In this document: piece after piece, positions 44,039 through 54,039 of the stretch | How positions within the stretch are numbered: the stretch's first letter is position 1 | Layout of the letters: each line of letters begins with the position of its first letter | From: a virus | Taxonomy: Duplodnaviria > Caudoviricetes | Length of the DNA: 64,000 nucleotides | Direction: 5' to 3' (one strand) | Virus record (IMG/VR): IMGVR_UViG_3300049455_000007 | Coordinates: 261-64,260 of that record | Position numbers and translations under genes: made by a program | Notes under the pieces: model-generated | Seen by the model: only the letters and a program-made list of their open reading frames with translations | What the model was told of the DNA's origin: nothing | Databases searched by the model: none

Positions 44039-46195
44039 ATGGTGCAGCGCGCGCCGCGTGACGAACGCGAATGGCGGTCGATGGTCGAGCGCGGCATCCG
44101 GGAGGCCCGGGCTGGCATGCGGCCTCTGGTGGCGGCGGCCGTCGGCGGCGTCGTGGACACCATTGATCAGACCGCCGCCCGGCACCCCACTGCGCCCATT
44201 GAACTGACGTACCAGACGGCGCTGTACATCGACGTGTCCAGCCGCCACCGGGTCCGGTTCATGCTGGACTTCCCGGATGTCACCAAGGCCACCGACGGCA
44301 CTGATATTCCCATCTCCCAGTACGAACTGTGGGGAAAGCCGGACGGCTCTGCGCTGCTCGCGGCGACCACCGACGCGGTGCCAGCCATGGCCGTCCCCGG
44401 CCTGACCATGCCCGGACTTGCCGGAACCCCTGCCAACGTGGCCGCCGAGGCGACCGTCCTGCCGTGGCGGCTGCTCTCCACATCCGTCGGGTCAGCCTTC
44501 CGCGCCGACAGCTTCATCCCCAGCAGCACGTGGCGTTTCCGCGTCCGCGCCATCGGGACCAACACCGTCGTTCCGGGTGAGTGGTCCATCGAGGTCATCG
44601 TGCAGATGCTCGCCGATGTCACGCCGCCGCCGCAGCCCTCCCCGCCGGTCCTGACGGTGCAGCGCGGCACGATCACAGCCGCATGGGACGGGCTGTCGGT
44701 GTCAGGGGCCATGCCCGCGGACTTCAAGTACTGCATCCTTGCGCACGGCACCACGTCCTCCCCCACGACCGAGATTGCGCGGTTCGGGCGCGGCGGTGGC
44801 TTCAAGGTCGTCGCGAACATCCCCTACTACGACCCGCAGTTCTTCCGGCTGCAGGCCGTGGACGAGTCGGGCAACCACTCCCCATGGTCCGAGCAGTCGG
44901 TGGACTACACGACCCCGCTGGTGGACAAGGACATCATCCTGTCCACCATCGACGCGGCCAAGACGTACCTGAAGAACATCAACGCGGGTGTCTCCATCCT
45001 GCCCAACACGATCATCACCGAGCACCTTGTCGTGACGGAGGAGATGACCGCTGCGCTCGCGAACTTCCTGCACGTCAAGGCGGACATGCTGGAGGCCAAC
45101 GAAATCTGGGCCGACGCGGCATGGTTCGGCGTGGCCGACGCGATCCTCGTGCGCTCGGACATGTTCGAGGGCAAAGCATTCACCGGCGGCACGTTCACGG
45201 GCAGCATCTTCCGGACCAGTGTGGAGGAGTACTCCGGGATCAAGCTGGACGCGGACGGGCTGCGCCAGTGGGACGTGAACGGCAACCTCACGGTGTCACT
45301 GACCTCCAACGGCATCGACGAGAACCTGCTGATCGGCGACCTCGCAACCTCGATCGTGGGTGACCCGGGGATCAAGATACAGAACCACTCCTCGTGGGGC
45401 CTCCCGGCGATCCTGTACTCCTACGACGGCGGGATCGGGGTGGAGCAGGCCGCGTCCTTCATGCGGTACACCATCACGGGGGACCCGGAGTTGGTGCACC
45501 GGGCACCGAACCGGGAAATAATCGGCGGGACCGGGCTTGGCTTTGTCCGGGTCGAGGGGGACCTGATCCTGTCCCTCGGCACCCCGAACCAGCAGAAAAT
45601 CCGGTCAGAAGCTCCGCTCCACCTCTCTGCATGGTCCCCGGTCGACGGGTATCACTCGTTGACGATCAAGGGCAAACTCGTCAATATCATCGCGGACGAC
45701 GGTGACATCGTGCTGAATTCCGGCGCGCAGTACGTGCAGGCCCCCGGTATCTACGACAAGACGACCGGCCTTGGCGCGAACGTTTACATTTCCGAGGACG
45801 GCGGAATGTTCCGGTCCACCTCCGCGGCGAAGTACAAGATCATGCCGCGTGAGATGGATGTTCCGGCGTCGCTGCTGGATGTTCCGATGAAGGACTGGGT
45901 TGACCTGCACTCCGCTGAGGAGTTCGCGGTGCTGCAATACGAGAAACCGCGGCCGCTGTCCGACGCGGATGAGAAACGGCTGGAGTCCATCAGCCTCCGC
46001 CGCATCCCCGGAGCGATCGCTGAGGATGTCGTGGCGGCTGGCGGGTCACAGTTCGTGGTCTACGGCAACGACGGCGAGGTGGAGGGCCTCATGTACGAGA
46101 GGTTCGCACTGGCCCGGACGGCGTTGCTGTATCAGGAGGTCCTTGCGTTGCGTGTACGCGTAAGCGCATTGGAGAAGACACAAAATCAACAGTAG
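44039..46195 (+). CDS. minor tail protein with Fn3-like domains and C-terminal intramolecular-chaperone-like region
   Basis: WRFRVRAIG, FRLQAVDESGNHSPWS; STSAAKYK...GAIAEDV...YERF, C-terminal coiled coil. Confidence 0.8.
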   Translation: MVQRAPRDEREWRSMVERGIREARAGMRPLVAAAVGGVVDTIDQTAARHPTAPIELTYQTALYIDVSSRHRVRFMLDFPDVTKATDGTDIPISQYELWGKPDGSALLAATTDAVPAMAVPGLTMPGLAGTPANVAAEATVLPWRLLSTSVGSAFRADSFIPSSTWRFRVRAIGTNTVVPGEWSIEVIVQMLADVTPPPQPSPPVLTVQRGTITAAWDGLSVSGAMPADFKYCILAHGTTSSPTTEIARFGRGGGFKVVANIPYYDPQFFRLQAVDESGNHSPWSEQSVDYTTPLVDKDIILSTIDAAKTYLKNINAGVSILPNTIITEHLVVTEEMTAALANFLHVKADMLEANEIWADAAWFGVADAILVRSDMFEGKAFTGGTFTGSIFRTSVEEYSGIKLDADGLRQWDVNGNLTVSLTSNGIDENLLIGDLATSIVGDPGIKIQNHSSWGLPAILYSYDGGIGVEQAASFMRYTITGDPELVHRAPNREIIGGTGLGFVRVEGDLILSLGTPNQQKIRSEAPLHLSAWSPVDGYHSLTIKGKLVNIIADDGDIVLNSGAQYVQAPGIYDKTTGLGANVYISEDGGMFRSTSAAKYKIMPREMDVPASLLDVPMKDWVDLHSAEEFAVLQYEKPRPLSDADEKRLESISLRRIPGAIAEDVVAAGGSQFVVYGNDGEVEGLMYERFALARTALLYQEVLALRVRVSALEKTQNQQ

Positions 46196-46205
46196 GAGAC
46201 GAAGC

Positions 46206-46349
46206 ATGGATAGTGGCGTGGATTCAAACGCAGTAATTCAGAAGATGGCAGTGAAACTCGCCAACACCGAGGTTCGCACCGCCATGCTGGAGGTGGCGCT
46301 GGAATCAGCGCAGGCGGAACTCTCCAGATTGAAGGCCGAATCAACGTAA
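46206..46349 (+). CDS. small coiled-coil protein (47 aa)
   Basis: Manual ORF MDSGVDSNAVIQKMAVKL..., RBS AGGAG. Confidence 0.55.
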   Translation: MDSGVDSNAVIQKMAVKLANTEVRTAMLEVALESAQAELSRLKAEST

Positions 46350-46423
46350 TGGTAATACCGGGGCACCGACGGACAGTGCCCTATTGTGTGGAATAGAGCG
46401 CATGCTCTACGGAGGGGGCAAGT

Positions 46424-46861
46424 ATGACGGCAGTACAAAAGAAACAAAAGAAACAGCGCCCGGGATGGTTGCTCCGTGAGCCAAAGGCGATCAGCGCAGC
46501 GCAGATCATCATTAACTTCGCCGCAGCCGGTTCAGGTCTACTCGCAGCACTCGGTGGCAGTCCGGTCCTCATCACCGGGCAGATCGGTCCGTTCCTTGCC
46601 TTCATCGTCGGCGCTGTTCTTATCGTCGGCGGTATCACCGGAGCCTTGGCTGTTCTGCTCGGGCACTGGTGGCTGGAGCGCGTGGCGCTGCTCGTCATGG
46701 GACTCGGCTGGGTCATGCTGCTCCCCGCCTCCCTCACTTATGCCTTGAGCGGCCGCAGCACCGGGGTGTGGCTGGTGGTGGCGCTGATTTTCGCGGCCCT
46801 CGGAGATGTCTACAAAAGGTATCGCCGCATCGAATGGGCATACCTTGATCCGGCGCGATGA
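46424..46861 (+). CDS. holin-like membrane protein (4 TM)
   Basis: Four hydrophobic segments, basic termini. Confidence 0.65.
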   Translation: MTAVQKKQKKQRPGWLLREPKAISAAQIIINFAAAGSGLLAALGGSPVLITGQIGPFLAFIVGAVLIVGGITGALAVLLGHWWLERVALLVMGLGWVMLLPASLTYALSGRSTGVWLVVALIFAALGDVYKRYRRIEWAYLDPAR

Positions 46862-47163
46862 GGGGCCGACACATGACACCTGAACTCATCACGGCAATCA
46901 TCGGAGTCGGCGGCCTCGCCGCGATCATCCCGAAACTCATCGACGGCTGGATCGCATGGCGCTCCGGCCGGGCGAGGACAGAAAAGTACCGCAACCAGTC
47001 GATCCTAGAACGCCTTGCTGATGCGGAGAAGCGCGCGGAGAACGAGGCGGATTTCCGCAGGGCGCTGGAGGAGTACGCAGGGCATCTGCGCATACTGCTC
47101 ATCGGAGCCGGGGTCACCGTGGAGCGCCTGCCAATATGGCCGGTCCGCCACGTCGACCGCTAG
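46858..47163 (+). CDS. membrane protein (1 TM + coiled coil)
   Basis: ELITAIIGVGGLAAII then helical region. Confidence 0.65.
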   Translation: MRGRHMTPELITAIIGVGGLAAIIPKLIDGWIAWRSGRARTEKYRNQSILERLADAEKRAENEADFRRALEEYAGHLRILLIGAGVTVERLPIWPVRHVDR

Positions 47164-47178
47164 AAAAGGGAGAAGTCA

Positions 47179-47505
47179 ATGACTGAGGAAAACTACGGGC
47201 GGCACACTGCAGTGCCTTCCAATGAGGAAGTGCCTCCCTCCAAGGAGGCGATTGTTGAAGCGGACGAGGCCACGGGCACCCCGCCGCGCATCGCTGCCAA
47301 GACGCGCACCGCCGTCTATGTCGGGGCGCTCATCTTCAACACCATCTGCCTTCTGGTGTTCGGGCTGCTGCCTATCTTTGACATCCTTGACCCGGGGAAA
47401 GCGGCGCAGGCCATGAACGTCATCATCACGGCGATCAACTTGGTATCGGCGGGCCTCGCCGTGGGCTACCGTCCGACACGCCCCGGCTCTCCCGTGAAAC
47501 CCTGA
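47179..47505 (+). CDS. holin-like membrane protein (2 TM)
   Basis: RTAVYVGALIF..., VIITAINLVSAGLAV. Confidence 0.65.
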   Translation: MTEENYGRHTAVPSNEEVPPSKEAIVEADEATGTPPRIAAKTRTAVYVGALIFNTICLLVFGLLPIFDILDPGKAAQAMNVIITAINLVSAGLAVGYRPTRPGSPVKP

Positions 47506-47542
47506 GAAGATTCAGAAGAACAGTTCCGAGTAAGGAAGCCCC

Positions 47543-49324
47543 ATGTCCATTCCAGCAGGAGTAACCACGGCGACCGTCCACCATGACGCGCCTGTCTCAT
47601 TCGGCGGCGAGCCGGGGCGGGTCATGGCGCGCTTCACTCCTTCGGCGACGCTGATCTGGGAGGCCACAGGCACTCCGCTAGCCGGGTTCTTCGATGCCAT
47701 CTCCCCGGAGAACGGGGCACCGCTGGAGGTTGAACTCCCGCACACGGACCAGCCCGGGTTCGTGGATGGTTCCGGCAACACCATGACGAACTGGCACTAC
47801 TCGGTCAAAATCTGGTTCTTCAAGGACGGTCAGAAGATCAGCTTCCCGTCCCGGGACTTCCAGTTGTCCACAGGTCAGTCCGACGTGGACCTCGCGCTGA
47901 TCCCGTGGGGGCTGGCCGTGGACCCGACGGTCGCGCCGATGGCCTACGTGACGAGCGTGAACGGCCAGACCGGCGACCTTGAAATCGCGTCATTGCAGGG
48001 TCCGCAGGGTCCACAAGGCATCCAAGGTATCCAAGGCATTCAGGGCATCCAAGGCATTCAGGGTGAAATCGGTCCCGGTGGTGAGGGGTCCGTGGGTCCG
48101 GCCGGACCCACGGGAGCTACCGGACCCACGGGGGCCACGGGTGCTACCGGAGCACCGGGAGCCACGGTACTGTCGGGGCTTACCGACGTCGATGTTGCCG
48201 GGGTCACCGACACGCAGCTTCTCATGTACTCCACGTCGGCGGGCAAGTGGGTGCCCACCGCGAAGTTTCTGGAAACACTCGACGCGCTCACGGACGTGGA
48301 CACGACCGGCGTCACCGACAACCAGTCGCTCAAGTGGAATTCCGGGACCGGCCAGTGGGTGCCGTACACGCCCAGCGCCGGGGTCACCACCCTCGCTGCG
48401 CTCACGGACGTGAACGTCGCCGGGGCTGCCAACAACCAGATTCTCAAGTACGACTCCGGCACCTCGAAATGGATACCGACCACGCCGAGCAGCGGCGTGG
48501 CGTACCCGCTGCTCGTCGCCGTCCCCGGAGGCAACTCGTCCAACTCGGCGGCCGTCGCCATCACGCACGGGTCAGGGTCCGCCAACCCGCCCGGATTCCT
48601 CGCGACCATGCGCACCACGGCCCCGCTCCTTAAGCTGCAGAACTACGTCAGCGCCACAGGCAACACGGAAGACCTGTTCTGGGTGAACGCCGACGGCACA
48701 ACGGTCATCAACACCCGCGGGGACGCCCAGCTTCCTGCCCTGCGCGTTACCTACAACTACGGCGTCCTCGGCAGCAGCTTCGAGGTCCGGAGCGACGGGG
48801 CGCTCACCAAGATTCAGGGCCAGAACGTAGCGCTGCAGTTCGGCGGCACCGCATGGCCTTCCGGCGGCTACACCCAGCGCGTCGGTCTGGCAGTCACGGA
48901 CAACATCGCCGGGATAGCGCGCCTCTGGGTCAAGGCGTACGGTTCCTTCGCCAATGACGGATGGGCCACCCCGAACCAGATCACAGGCTATGTCACCAAG
49001 ACAGCGAATTTCACACTCACGCAGTACGAGGAATTCGTCATCTTCAACGGCTCATCCATCACGTGCACGCTGCCCGCGGCGAACGGCACATACATGGCCG
49101 GGCGCATCTACACCATCCAGAACATCCACGCGACAAGCCTCGCGATCTCGGGCACCATCGACGGCAACGCCTCCGTCACACTCGGCCAGTACCAGACCAT
49201 CCAGATCACGAGCGACGGCACCAACTGGCACCAGACGGCTGGATCGAACCGCAACCCCATCACCGTATCCGCGTCGGCACCCGGTTCCCCGGTCAACGGC
49301 GACATCTGGTTCGACATCTCCTAG
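47543..49324 (+). CDS. collagen-like fibre / minor virion protein 2 (593 aa)
   Basis: Short Gly-X-Y tract, three LxxLTDV repeats, C-terminal module paralogous to fibre 1. Confidence 0.8.
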   Translation: MSIPAGVTTATVHHDAPVSFGGEPGRVMARFTPSATLIWEATGTPLAGFFDAISPENGAPLEVELPHTDQPGFVDGSGNTMTNWHYSVKIWFFKDGQKISFPSRDFQLSTGQSDVDLALIPWGLAVDPTVAPMAYVTSVNGQTGDLEIASLQGPQGPQGIQGIQGIQGIQGIQGEIGPGGEGSVGPAGPTGATGPTGATGATGAPGATVLSGLTDVDVAGVTDTQLLMYSTSAGKWVPTAKFLETLDALTDVDTTGVTDNQSLKWNSGTGQWVPYTPSAGVTTLAALTDVNVAGAANNQILKYDSGTSKWIPTTPSSGVAYPLLVAVPGGNSSNSAAVAITHGSGSANPPGFLATMRTTAPLLKLQNYVSATGNTEDLFWVNADGTTVINTRGDAQLPALRVTYNYGVLGSSFEVRSDGALTKIQGQNVALQFGGTAWPSGGYTQRVGLAVTDNIAGIARLWVKAYGSFANDGWATPNQITGYVTKTANFTLTQYEEFVIFNGSSITCTLPAANGTYMAGRIYTIQNIHATSLAISGTIDGNASVTLGQYQTIQITSDGTNWHQTAGSNRNPITVSASAPGSPVNGDIWFDIS

Positions 49325-49333
49325 GAGGACACA

Positions 49334-50170
49334 ATGGCAGGCAACTACGTAGATTACCCGTCGTACCGGATGCCATATGACCGGGACGGCACGCAGGTCT
49401 ACAAGATCACTTCCTCGAACGTCATCACGGCGGTTTCCGCGGCGAACATCCTGATCATGAACAACGAGAACAGTGACTCCTATGCTCCGGGAGGCTACTC
49501 CAACTTAGACAAGATCGCGTTCATTTTCCCGGAACTGCGTGACCTTGACGGCTATTTCATTATCGGACCCTCGACCATTCAGGCCGCCACTTCGGCGGAC
49601 ACCACGAACGGGGTGGACGGGACGTGGACCAACCTTGGCGCGTCCACGTCCCCCACAGTGGGGGTTATCCCCGGCTTCCGGACGTCGATCAACACGTCCG
49701 CCGCAGCCGCCGGGATCAAGGCGATCCGATTCGCCTTCACCGGGTATGAGGACATAAACGGCCTGCACCTGTTCGGCAAGATCACAGCAGGGCAGAACCC
49801 CAACCGGCTGATCCTCTGGCACCCGACCCTCGACCAGCGCGCCGGGGCCGCATACTTCGACTGGGGCGACGTGCGGCGCTCGGCAGCGGCCACCGACCGG
49901 ACGTTCAGGGTGAAGAACAACTCATCCACCCTGACCGCCAACGGGGTCAGCGTCTCCTTCGACGTCCTGTCCGACGCCTCCCCGACGCTGCTGGCGGGGC
50001 AGCATTCGCTGTCGCTGGACGGCACAACGTTCACCAACACGGTGACTATCGGCGCTCTCGCTCCGGGCGCGATTTCGGGGACCGTGACGGTCAGGCGCAC
50101 CATGTCCGCCACCGCCGCGCTGTCGCTCTGGGCGCTCCGCGTCGTCTCCTCCGCGACCTCATGGACATGA
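49334..50170 (+). CDS. fibre-associated minor structural protein
   Basis: beta-rich, RBS AGGAGG. Confidence 0.7.
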   Translation: MAGNYVDYPSYRMPYDRDGTQVYKITSSNVITAVSAANILIMNNENSDSYAPGGYSNLDKIAFIFPELRDLDGYFIIGPSTIQAATSADTTNGVDGTWTNLGASTSPTVGVIPGFRTSINTSAAAAGIKAIRFAFTGYEDINGLHLFGKITAGQNPNRLILWHPTLDQRAGAAYFDWGDVRRSAAATDRTFRVKNNSSTLTANGVSVSFDVLSDASPTLLAGQHSLSLDGTTFTNTVTIGALAPGAISGTVTVRRTMSATAALSLWALRVVSSATSWT

Positions 50171-50171
50171 C

Positions 50172-51101
50172 ATGGCCGTAAGCCCAGATGCCGTCGAATA
50201 CGTCCTACTAAACGTCGGGGTCCTCGACCAACCGGCTCCCGCGGCGGCGGAGCCGGTCCTGATGAACGTCGGCGTACTGGATGCTCCCAGCCCGGCGGCG
50301 GCGGAGCCGGTCCTGATGAACGTCGGCGTCCTCGACCAACCGGCCTCAGCGGACGCGGAGCCGGTGCTGCTGAATGCACTCAACACCACCCGCACGAATC
50401 AAATCAAAAACCCGTCCTTCGAGGTCGACACCACGGGCTGGACCTTTCAGTCTTCCACCACGCTCACAAGGGATACGACGCAGTTCAACACGGGCGTCGC
50501 CTCGATGAAGGCCGTTTCCACAATAGGCAACATCAGGGTGGCCGTCTACGGCGCCACCAGCGGCTCCGGAGTGGCGGCCAACGCCGACAGCATCGCCGTC
50601 ACCATCGGCCAGCAGGTCACGGTCAGCGCTTGGGTCAAGGTCGCCTCCGGCACCGCCCAGCACCGGGTCAAAATTCACTGGTTCAATTCCGGCGGCTCAT
50701 TCCTCTCGGACAGCGACGGCGCGCTCATAGCCATGAGCACAAGCTGGCAGCGCCTGCAGGTTACAGCCACCGCGCCTGCCAATACCGCAAAATTTGGCAT
50801 TTCCGTGCAACAGGACGCCGCGGCCACAACGTTCATCGACTCGGTCCTCGCGGAAATATCACCCGCGCTGGGCGACTACTTCGACGGGTCCATCGCAGCG
50901 CCCAGCGGCTACCAGCACGCATGGACCGGCCCCGCGAACGCATCGACCTCCACCGAGACACTCACCACCGTCGCCTTCAAGCAGCGCGAATCCGGGGCAT
51001 GGGTCGCGCACACCGCCGTCCCCAAAGTCCGGGTCGCCGGGGCATGGGTCGTCAAACGCCCGAAGCGCTGGAGCGGCACGGCGTGGGTTGATCTGCCCTA
51101 A
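50172..51101 (+). CDS. minor structural protein with 18-aa repeats and CBM4-like domain
   Basis: EPVLMNVGVLD repeats; NQIKNPSFEVDTTGW. Confidence 0.7.
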   Translation: MAVSPDAVEYVLLNVGVLDQPAPAAAEPVLMNVGVLDAPSPAAAEPVLMNVGVLDQPASADAEPVLLNALNTTRTNQIKNPSFEVDTTGWTFQSSTTLTRDTTQFNTGVASMKAVSTIGNIRVAVYGATSGSGVAANADSIAVTIGQQVTVSAWVKVASGTAQHRVKIHWFNSGGSFLSDSDGALIAMSTSWQRLQVTATAPANTAKFGISVQQDAAATTFIDSVLAEISPALGDYFDGSIAAPSGYQHAWTGPANASTSTETLTTVAFKQRESGAWVAHTAVPKVRVAGAWVVKRPKRWSGTAWVDLP

Positions 51102-51143
51102 AAGACTCCCGGCGCTGGAGCGTCTCCCTGCGCCGGGCAAGAT

Positions 51144-51192
51144 AAAACCCCCCACCGAATCGTGCGCCCTCTCAATTCGGCTGGGGGGTTTT
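51144..51192. terminator. bidirectional intrinsic terminator between convergent arms
   Basis: AAAACCCCCCACCGAAT...ATTCGGCTGGGGGGTTTT. Confidence 0.85.
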
Positions 51193-51204
51193 GTTGTCTA
51201 TCGG

Positions 51205-51222
51205 CAGACGGTCGACCGTCTG
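51205..51222. promoter_or_regulatory. 18-bp palindrome family copy 19
   Basis: Perfect copy extended to 28 bp (51200-51227) next to bidirectional terminator. Confidence 0.85.
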
Positions 51223-51227
51223 CCGAT

Positions 51228-51614
51228 TCAGATGTCCGTCATGGTGATGCGGAACCGGTAGTGGTGCGGGCGCAAGCAGCGCTCGCCCGAGTGGGTCATG
51301 AACGGCCCGACCACGTACTCGTCGGAGTCGTCCGGGAGGATGCCCCGGCCTCCATTCACCAGCCCGTCGATGTAGTACTTCATCGTGGGCTGGAGGTTGT
51401 TCACGTCCCGCCGGATTCTGCGCGGGTAGGAAACCTCCACCTCGAACCGGACCTTCTCATGCTTGCCGAGCGGTCGGCCATGCGCATTCCCGAGGGCGCG
51501 GAGCACAGCCTTCCGGTCGTTCTCGGCGGCCCAATGCAGACGCTGGTTCGCGTTAAGGTGGTTTGATTCATGCAGCCAGAGGTTCCAGACGTGCACGGTC
51601 AAAGCACTAAGCAT
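51228..51614 (-). CDS. rusA: RusA-like Holliday junction resolvase
   Basis: RRDVNNLQPTMKYYIDGL..GILPDDS. Confidence 0.75.
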   Translation of the reverse strand: MLSALTVHVWNLWLHESNHLNANQRLHWAAENDRKAVLRALGNAHGRPLGKHEKVRFEVEVSYPRRIRRDVNNLQPTMKYYIDGLVNGGRGILPDDSDEYVVGPFMTHSGERCLRPHHYRFRITMTDI

Positions 51615-51735
51615 CCTTCCTGATCCACTCCGAGTCGTCCATGACCTTCCACGCAAGGTCGCATGCGGGGCACTCACCCCGGGGCTTGATGTCCCTAGTT
51701 AAGTGCCAGTGACGGGGAGGGTCGGACTTGCTCAT
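51607..51735 (-). CDS. small hypothetical protein (42 aa, CxxC)
   Basis: Manual ORF MSKSDPPRHWHLTRDIKPRGECPACDLAW... Confidence 0.5.
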   Translation of the reverse strand: MSKSDPPRHWHLTRDIKPRGECPACDLAWKVMDDSEWIRKDA

Positions 51736-51893
51736 GACAACTGCCCGTTGTCGTTGTCACGGTTCTGGAGTTCGTACCAGCGGGCCATGTGGATGCCGGT
51801 CTTGAACGGAGTCCCGTCCGGGTTGACGCAGCCCAGCCCGACCCCGGCCTTGCAGAACGGGCACTGTACGTCCTGATTGGTTTTCGTTGCCAT
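51732..51893 (-). CDS. zinc-finger protein
   Basis: CPFCxxxxxxxC...HMAR. Confidence 0.6.
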   Translation of the reverse strand: MATKTNQDVQCPFCKAGVGLGCVNPDGTPFKTGIHMARWYELQNRDNDNGQLS

Positions 51894-51937
51894 CGCTACT
51901 CTCCCCTTCAATTTGATGACCGTCTGGAGCACGCCCA

Positions 51938-52288
51938 TCAGAGGTCACTCTCCATGTAGTCGGCATGCTCCGCACAGTAGTCGCCGTCGTGCTCAACAAC
52001 ATTGGTGCAATATTCCGGCGGTTCAGGGTCAACGTACATGCTGCCGGGGTGGATCAGGAAGGCGCAGTGGTAGACAGACCGGTCTGCCTCCTCCTCCGCT
52101 TCATTGATTGCTTCCTCGGCCTCCTGCATGAGGTGGACGGTCGGGCACGGCCACATGGTCAGACAGTGCGAGCAGTGCCAGTTCCTTGCAGCGGCCATCC
52201 TCTTGACCTTGTGCAGGCTGGCCACCGCCTTGATGGATTCGCGGGCCAGCCGGTTCGCGCGCTCGTCCAGCGTCTCGTCCTCGGCCAT
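51938..52288 (-). CDS. Cys/His-rich hypothetical protein
   Basis: CSHC..WPC; C-terminal HC..C..C..H. Confidence 0.6.
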   Translation of the reverse strand: MAEDETLDERANRLARESIKAVASLHKVKRMAAARNWHCSHCLTMWPCPTVHLMQEAEEAINEAEEEADRSVYHCAFLIHPGSMYVDPEPPEYCTNVVEHDGDYCAEHADYMESDL

Positions 52289-52833
52289 CAGAAATCACCC
52301 CCGCCACCACTGTCGCTGCTAAAGCTGCCGCCGCTGTCCGAGGAACCGGAGCCGCTGTCGCAGCTTGATCCGCTGTCATAACTGCTGCTGGATGACCCAC
52401 CGTCGTAGCTGCTGCTTGGGGTGGGGTCGCAGTTGTTCGGAGTGGGGTCGCCCAACAGGTAGCCCGCGGCGAGCATGCCCATGGCGTCGTAACCGGGGGA
52501 CGGGTCACTGTTCCGGGGAGCGTCGGTCCTGAAGCCCGGACGACCGGGTGCCGGGATGCTGGCGCGGCGGACAGGGCCATCCTTGCGGCGGACGACTTTG
52601 CTGGTGCGATCAAGGCCGCGGATAACCCGGGAGCGCTTCTCTTCGAGGCGGCGCTGCTGGTCGGCAACATCCTGTGCCCGCACGCGCTTCCGGCTCAACT
52701 CTTCGCGCACAGCTTCCCGCGCCTGTTCCTTGCGCCGGTTGCTGGCGACCTTGATGAAGATGGCGATGACGCCCGCCACGGCCACCACCGTCGCGACGAT
52801 GGGAGTCACCGGGCTGGTGAGTAGTTCATTCAT
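52288..52833 (-). CDS. membrane protein with Ser/Gly/Asp-rich tail
   Basis: N-terminal TM; SSSYDGGSSSSSYDSGSS C-terminus. Confidence 0.65.
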   Translation of the reverse strand: MNELLTSPVTPIVATVVAVAGVIAIFIKVASNRRKEQAREAVREELSRKRVRAQDVADQQRRLEEKRSRVIRGLDRTSKVVRRKDGPVRRASIPAPGRPGFRTDAPRNSDPSPGYDAMGMLAAGYLLGDPTPNNCDPTPSSSYDGGSSSSSYDSGSSCDSGSGSSDSGGSFSSDSGGGGDF

Positions 52834-53384
52834 TGCTCGACTACTTTCAGATCGAAGATGTCCACCTCGGACTCGTCGGCTGGCCAGCGCCGCTCGTCGC
52901 TGGCTGCACCGGGGTTCGCTTCGAGGTAGTCGACAAGGTCGCCCCCGTCGATTTCTTCGACGTCCATCCCCTGCTGGCCGAGCCACTGCTGTAGGTGCTG
53001 CCGGTCCACGGTGGCACGGCAGGAGTAGAGCATCCGCTCCCGCTCGGTCCAGTTGTACGTGATGCTCCGGGCCGTACGCTGCTCATCCAACTGCTTCTCC
53101 AGTTCGATGTAGCTGTCCGACGGCGGGTCGGTGACGTAACCGCCGGGGCCTTCCGGGTCATGCTGGTCGACACCCCGGGGCGGGTCCTCGTCCTTGATCC
53201 AGTCCTCAAACAGGTCAGCCTCATGGCCGTAGCCACCCCCGCGGAGCGCGGTGATGATGTCCTCGTCGGGGTAGGAGAACTCGGTGTGCAGTTCGTTGAG
53301 TTCTTCCATCATGGCGGTGATGTGCTTGTCGCAGGTGTCGGTGATGCGCAGGTTCTTGGCGTCCGGGGTTGGTAGCTCTTTCAC
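52830..53384 (-). CDS. acidic hypothetical protein
   Basis: 184 aa, RBS AAGGA. Confidence 0.7.
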   Translation of the reverse strand: MKELPTPDAKNLRITDTCDKHITAMMEELNELHTEFSYPDEDIITALRGGGYGHEADLFEDWIKDEDPPRGVDQHDPEGPGGYVTDPPSDSYIELEKQLDEQRTARSITYNWTERERMLYSCRATVDRQHLQQWLGQQGMDVEEIDGGDLVDYLEANPGAASDERRWPADESEVDIFDLKVVEQ

Positions 53385-53393
53385 GGTGGTTCC

Positions 53394-53567
53394 TTAGTCT
53401 TCGATCGGTTCTGTGGAAATGGTAACGGTGTCGCCTGCCGGGGTCTGCCCGGAGACGGTATGGCCGATGGTCAGCGCGTGCACCATGGCCTCGCCGCTGT
53501 CCTCAGCGGTAAAGTCGCAGGACCTGCAGGACAGGTCCGCCATCAGTACGAACTCCCCAGCATTCAT
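53394..53567 (-). CDS. small zinc-binding hypothetical protein
   Basis: Manual ORF MNAGEFVLMADLSCRSC...H...GH. Confidence 0.5.
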   Translation of the reverse strand: MNAGEFVLMADLSCRSCDFTAEDSGEAMVHALTIGHTVSGQTPAGDTVTISTEPIED

Positions 53568-53806
53568 GGCCACTCCCTCGTAATAGTTCCTTCGCCAAGT
53601 TTCCCGCCCTCAACGTAGAACGCAAGCGTCATGTTGCTGCCTGCGCCCTTGACGAGCCGGATGTTGGAAGCGGCGTGCCGCTTCCGGCCTTCTTCCTTGA
53701 TTGCCATGACAATTTTGTCGTCACTGGCGTTGCCATTCAGGAGGATGTCCTGCGGCTTGCTCATCCCGGGAAGGCCGAGTCGGGTGAACTTTATCCTCGT
53801 TTGCAA
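53564..53806 (-). CDS. hypothetical protein
   Basis: 80 aa; downstream of palindrome copy 20. Confidence 0.6.
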   Translation of the reverse strand: MQTRIKFTRLGLPGMSKPQDILLNGNASDDKIVMAIKEEGRKRHAASNIRLVKGAGSNMTLAFYVEGGKLGEGTITREWP

Positions 53807-53837
53807 AGCACTTCTCTTTCGTTGTCTCTTCGGTTGG

Positions 53838-53855
53838 CAGTTGGTCGTACGTCTG
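53838..53855. promoter_or_regulatory. 18-bp palindrome family copy 20
   Basis: CAGTTGGTCGTACGTCTG, intergenic. Confidence 0.75.
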
Positions 53856-53862
53856 CCGAGGG

Positions 53863-54039
53863 TTACTGCGGGTTCTCTTGCTCAATCAGGCTCACCATGT
53901 CGTGGTGGTGGATCACGTGGATGGTGCTGGGGGTGGAGTCGTTGAACCATCCGTCCATCCCTCGCTGCCACACGTGGGACGTCTTGGTGGTGTACTTGCC
54001 GTCGGCGTACGCCTTGGTCACTGCCGGGTTCGTGCTCAA
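53863..54039 (-). CDS. small hypothetical protein
   Basis: Manual ORF, TTGA overlap start. Confidence 0.45.
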   Translation of the reverse strand: MSTNPAVTKAYADGKYTTKTSHVWQRGMDGWFNDSTPSTIHVIHHHDMVSLIEQENPQ

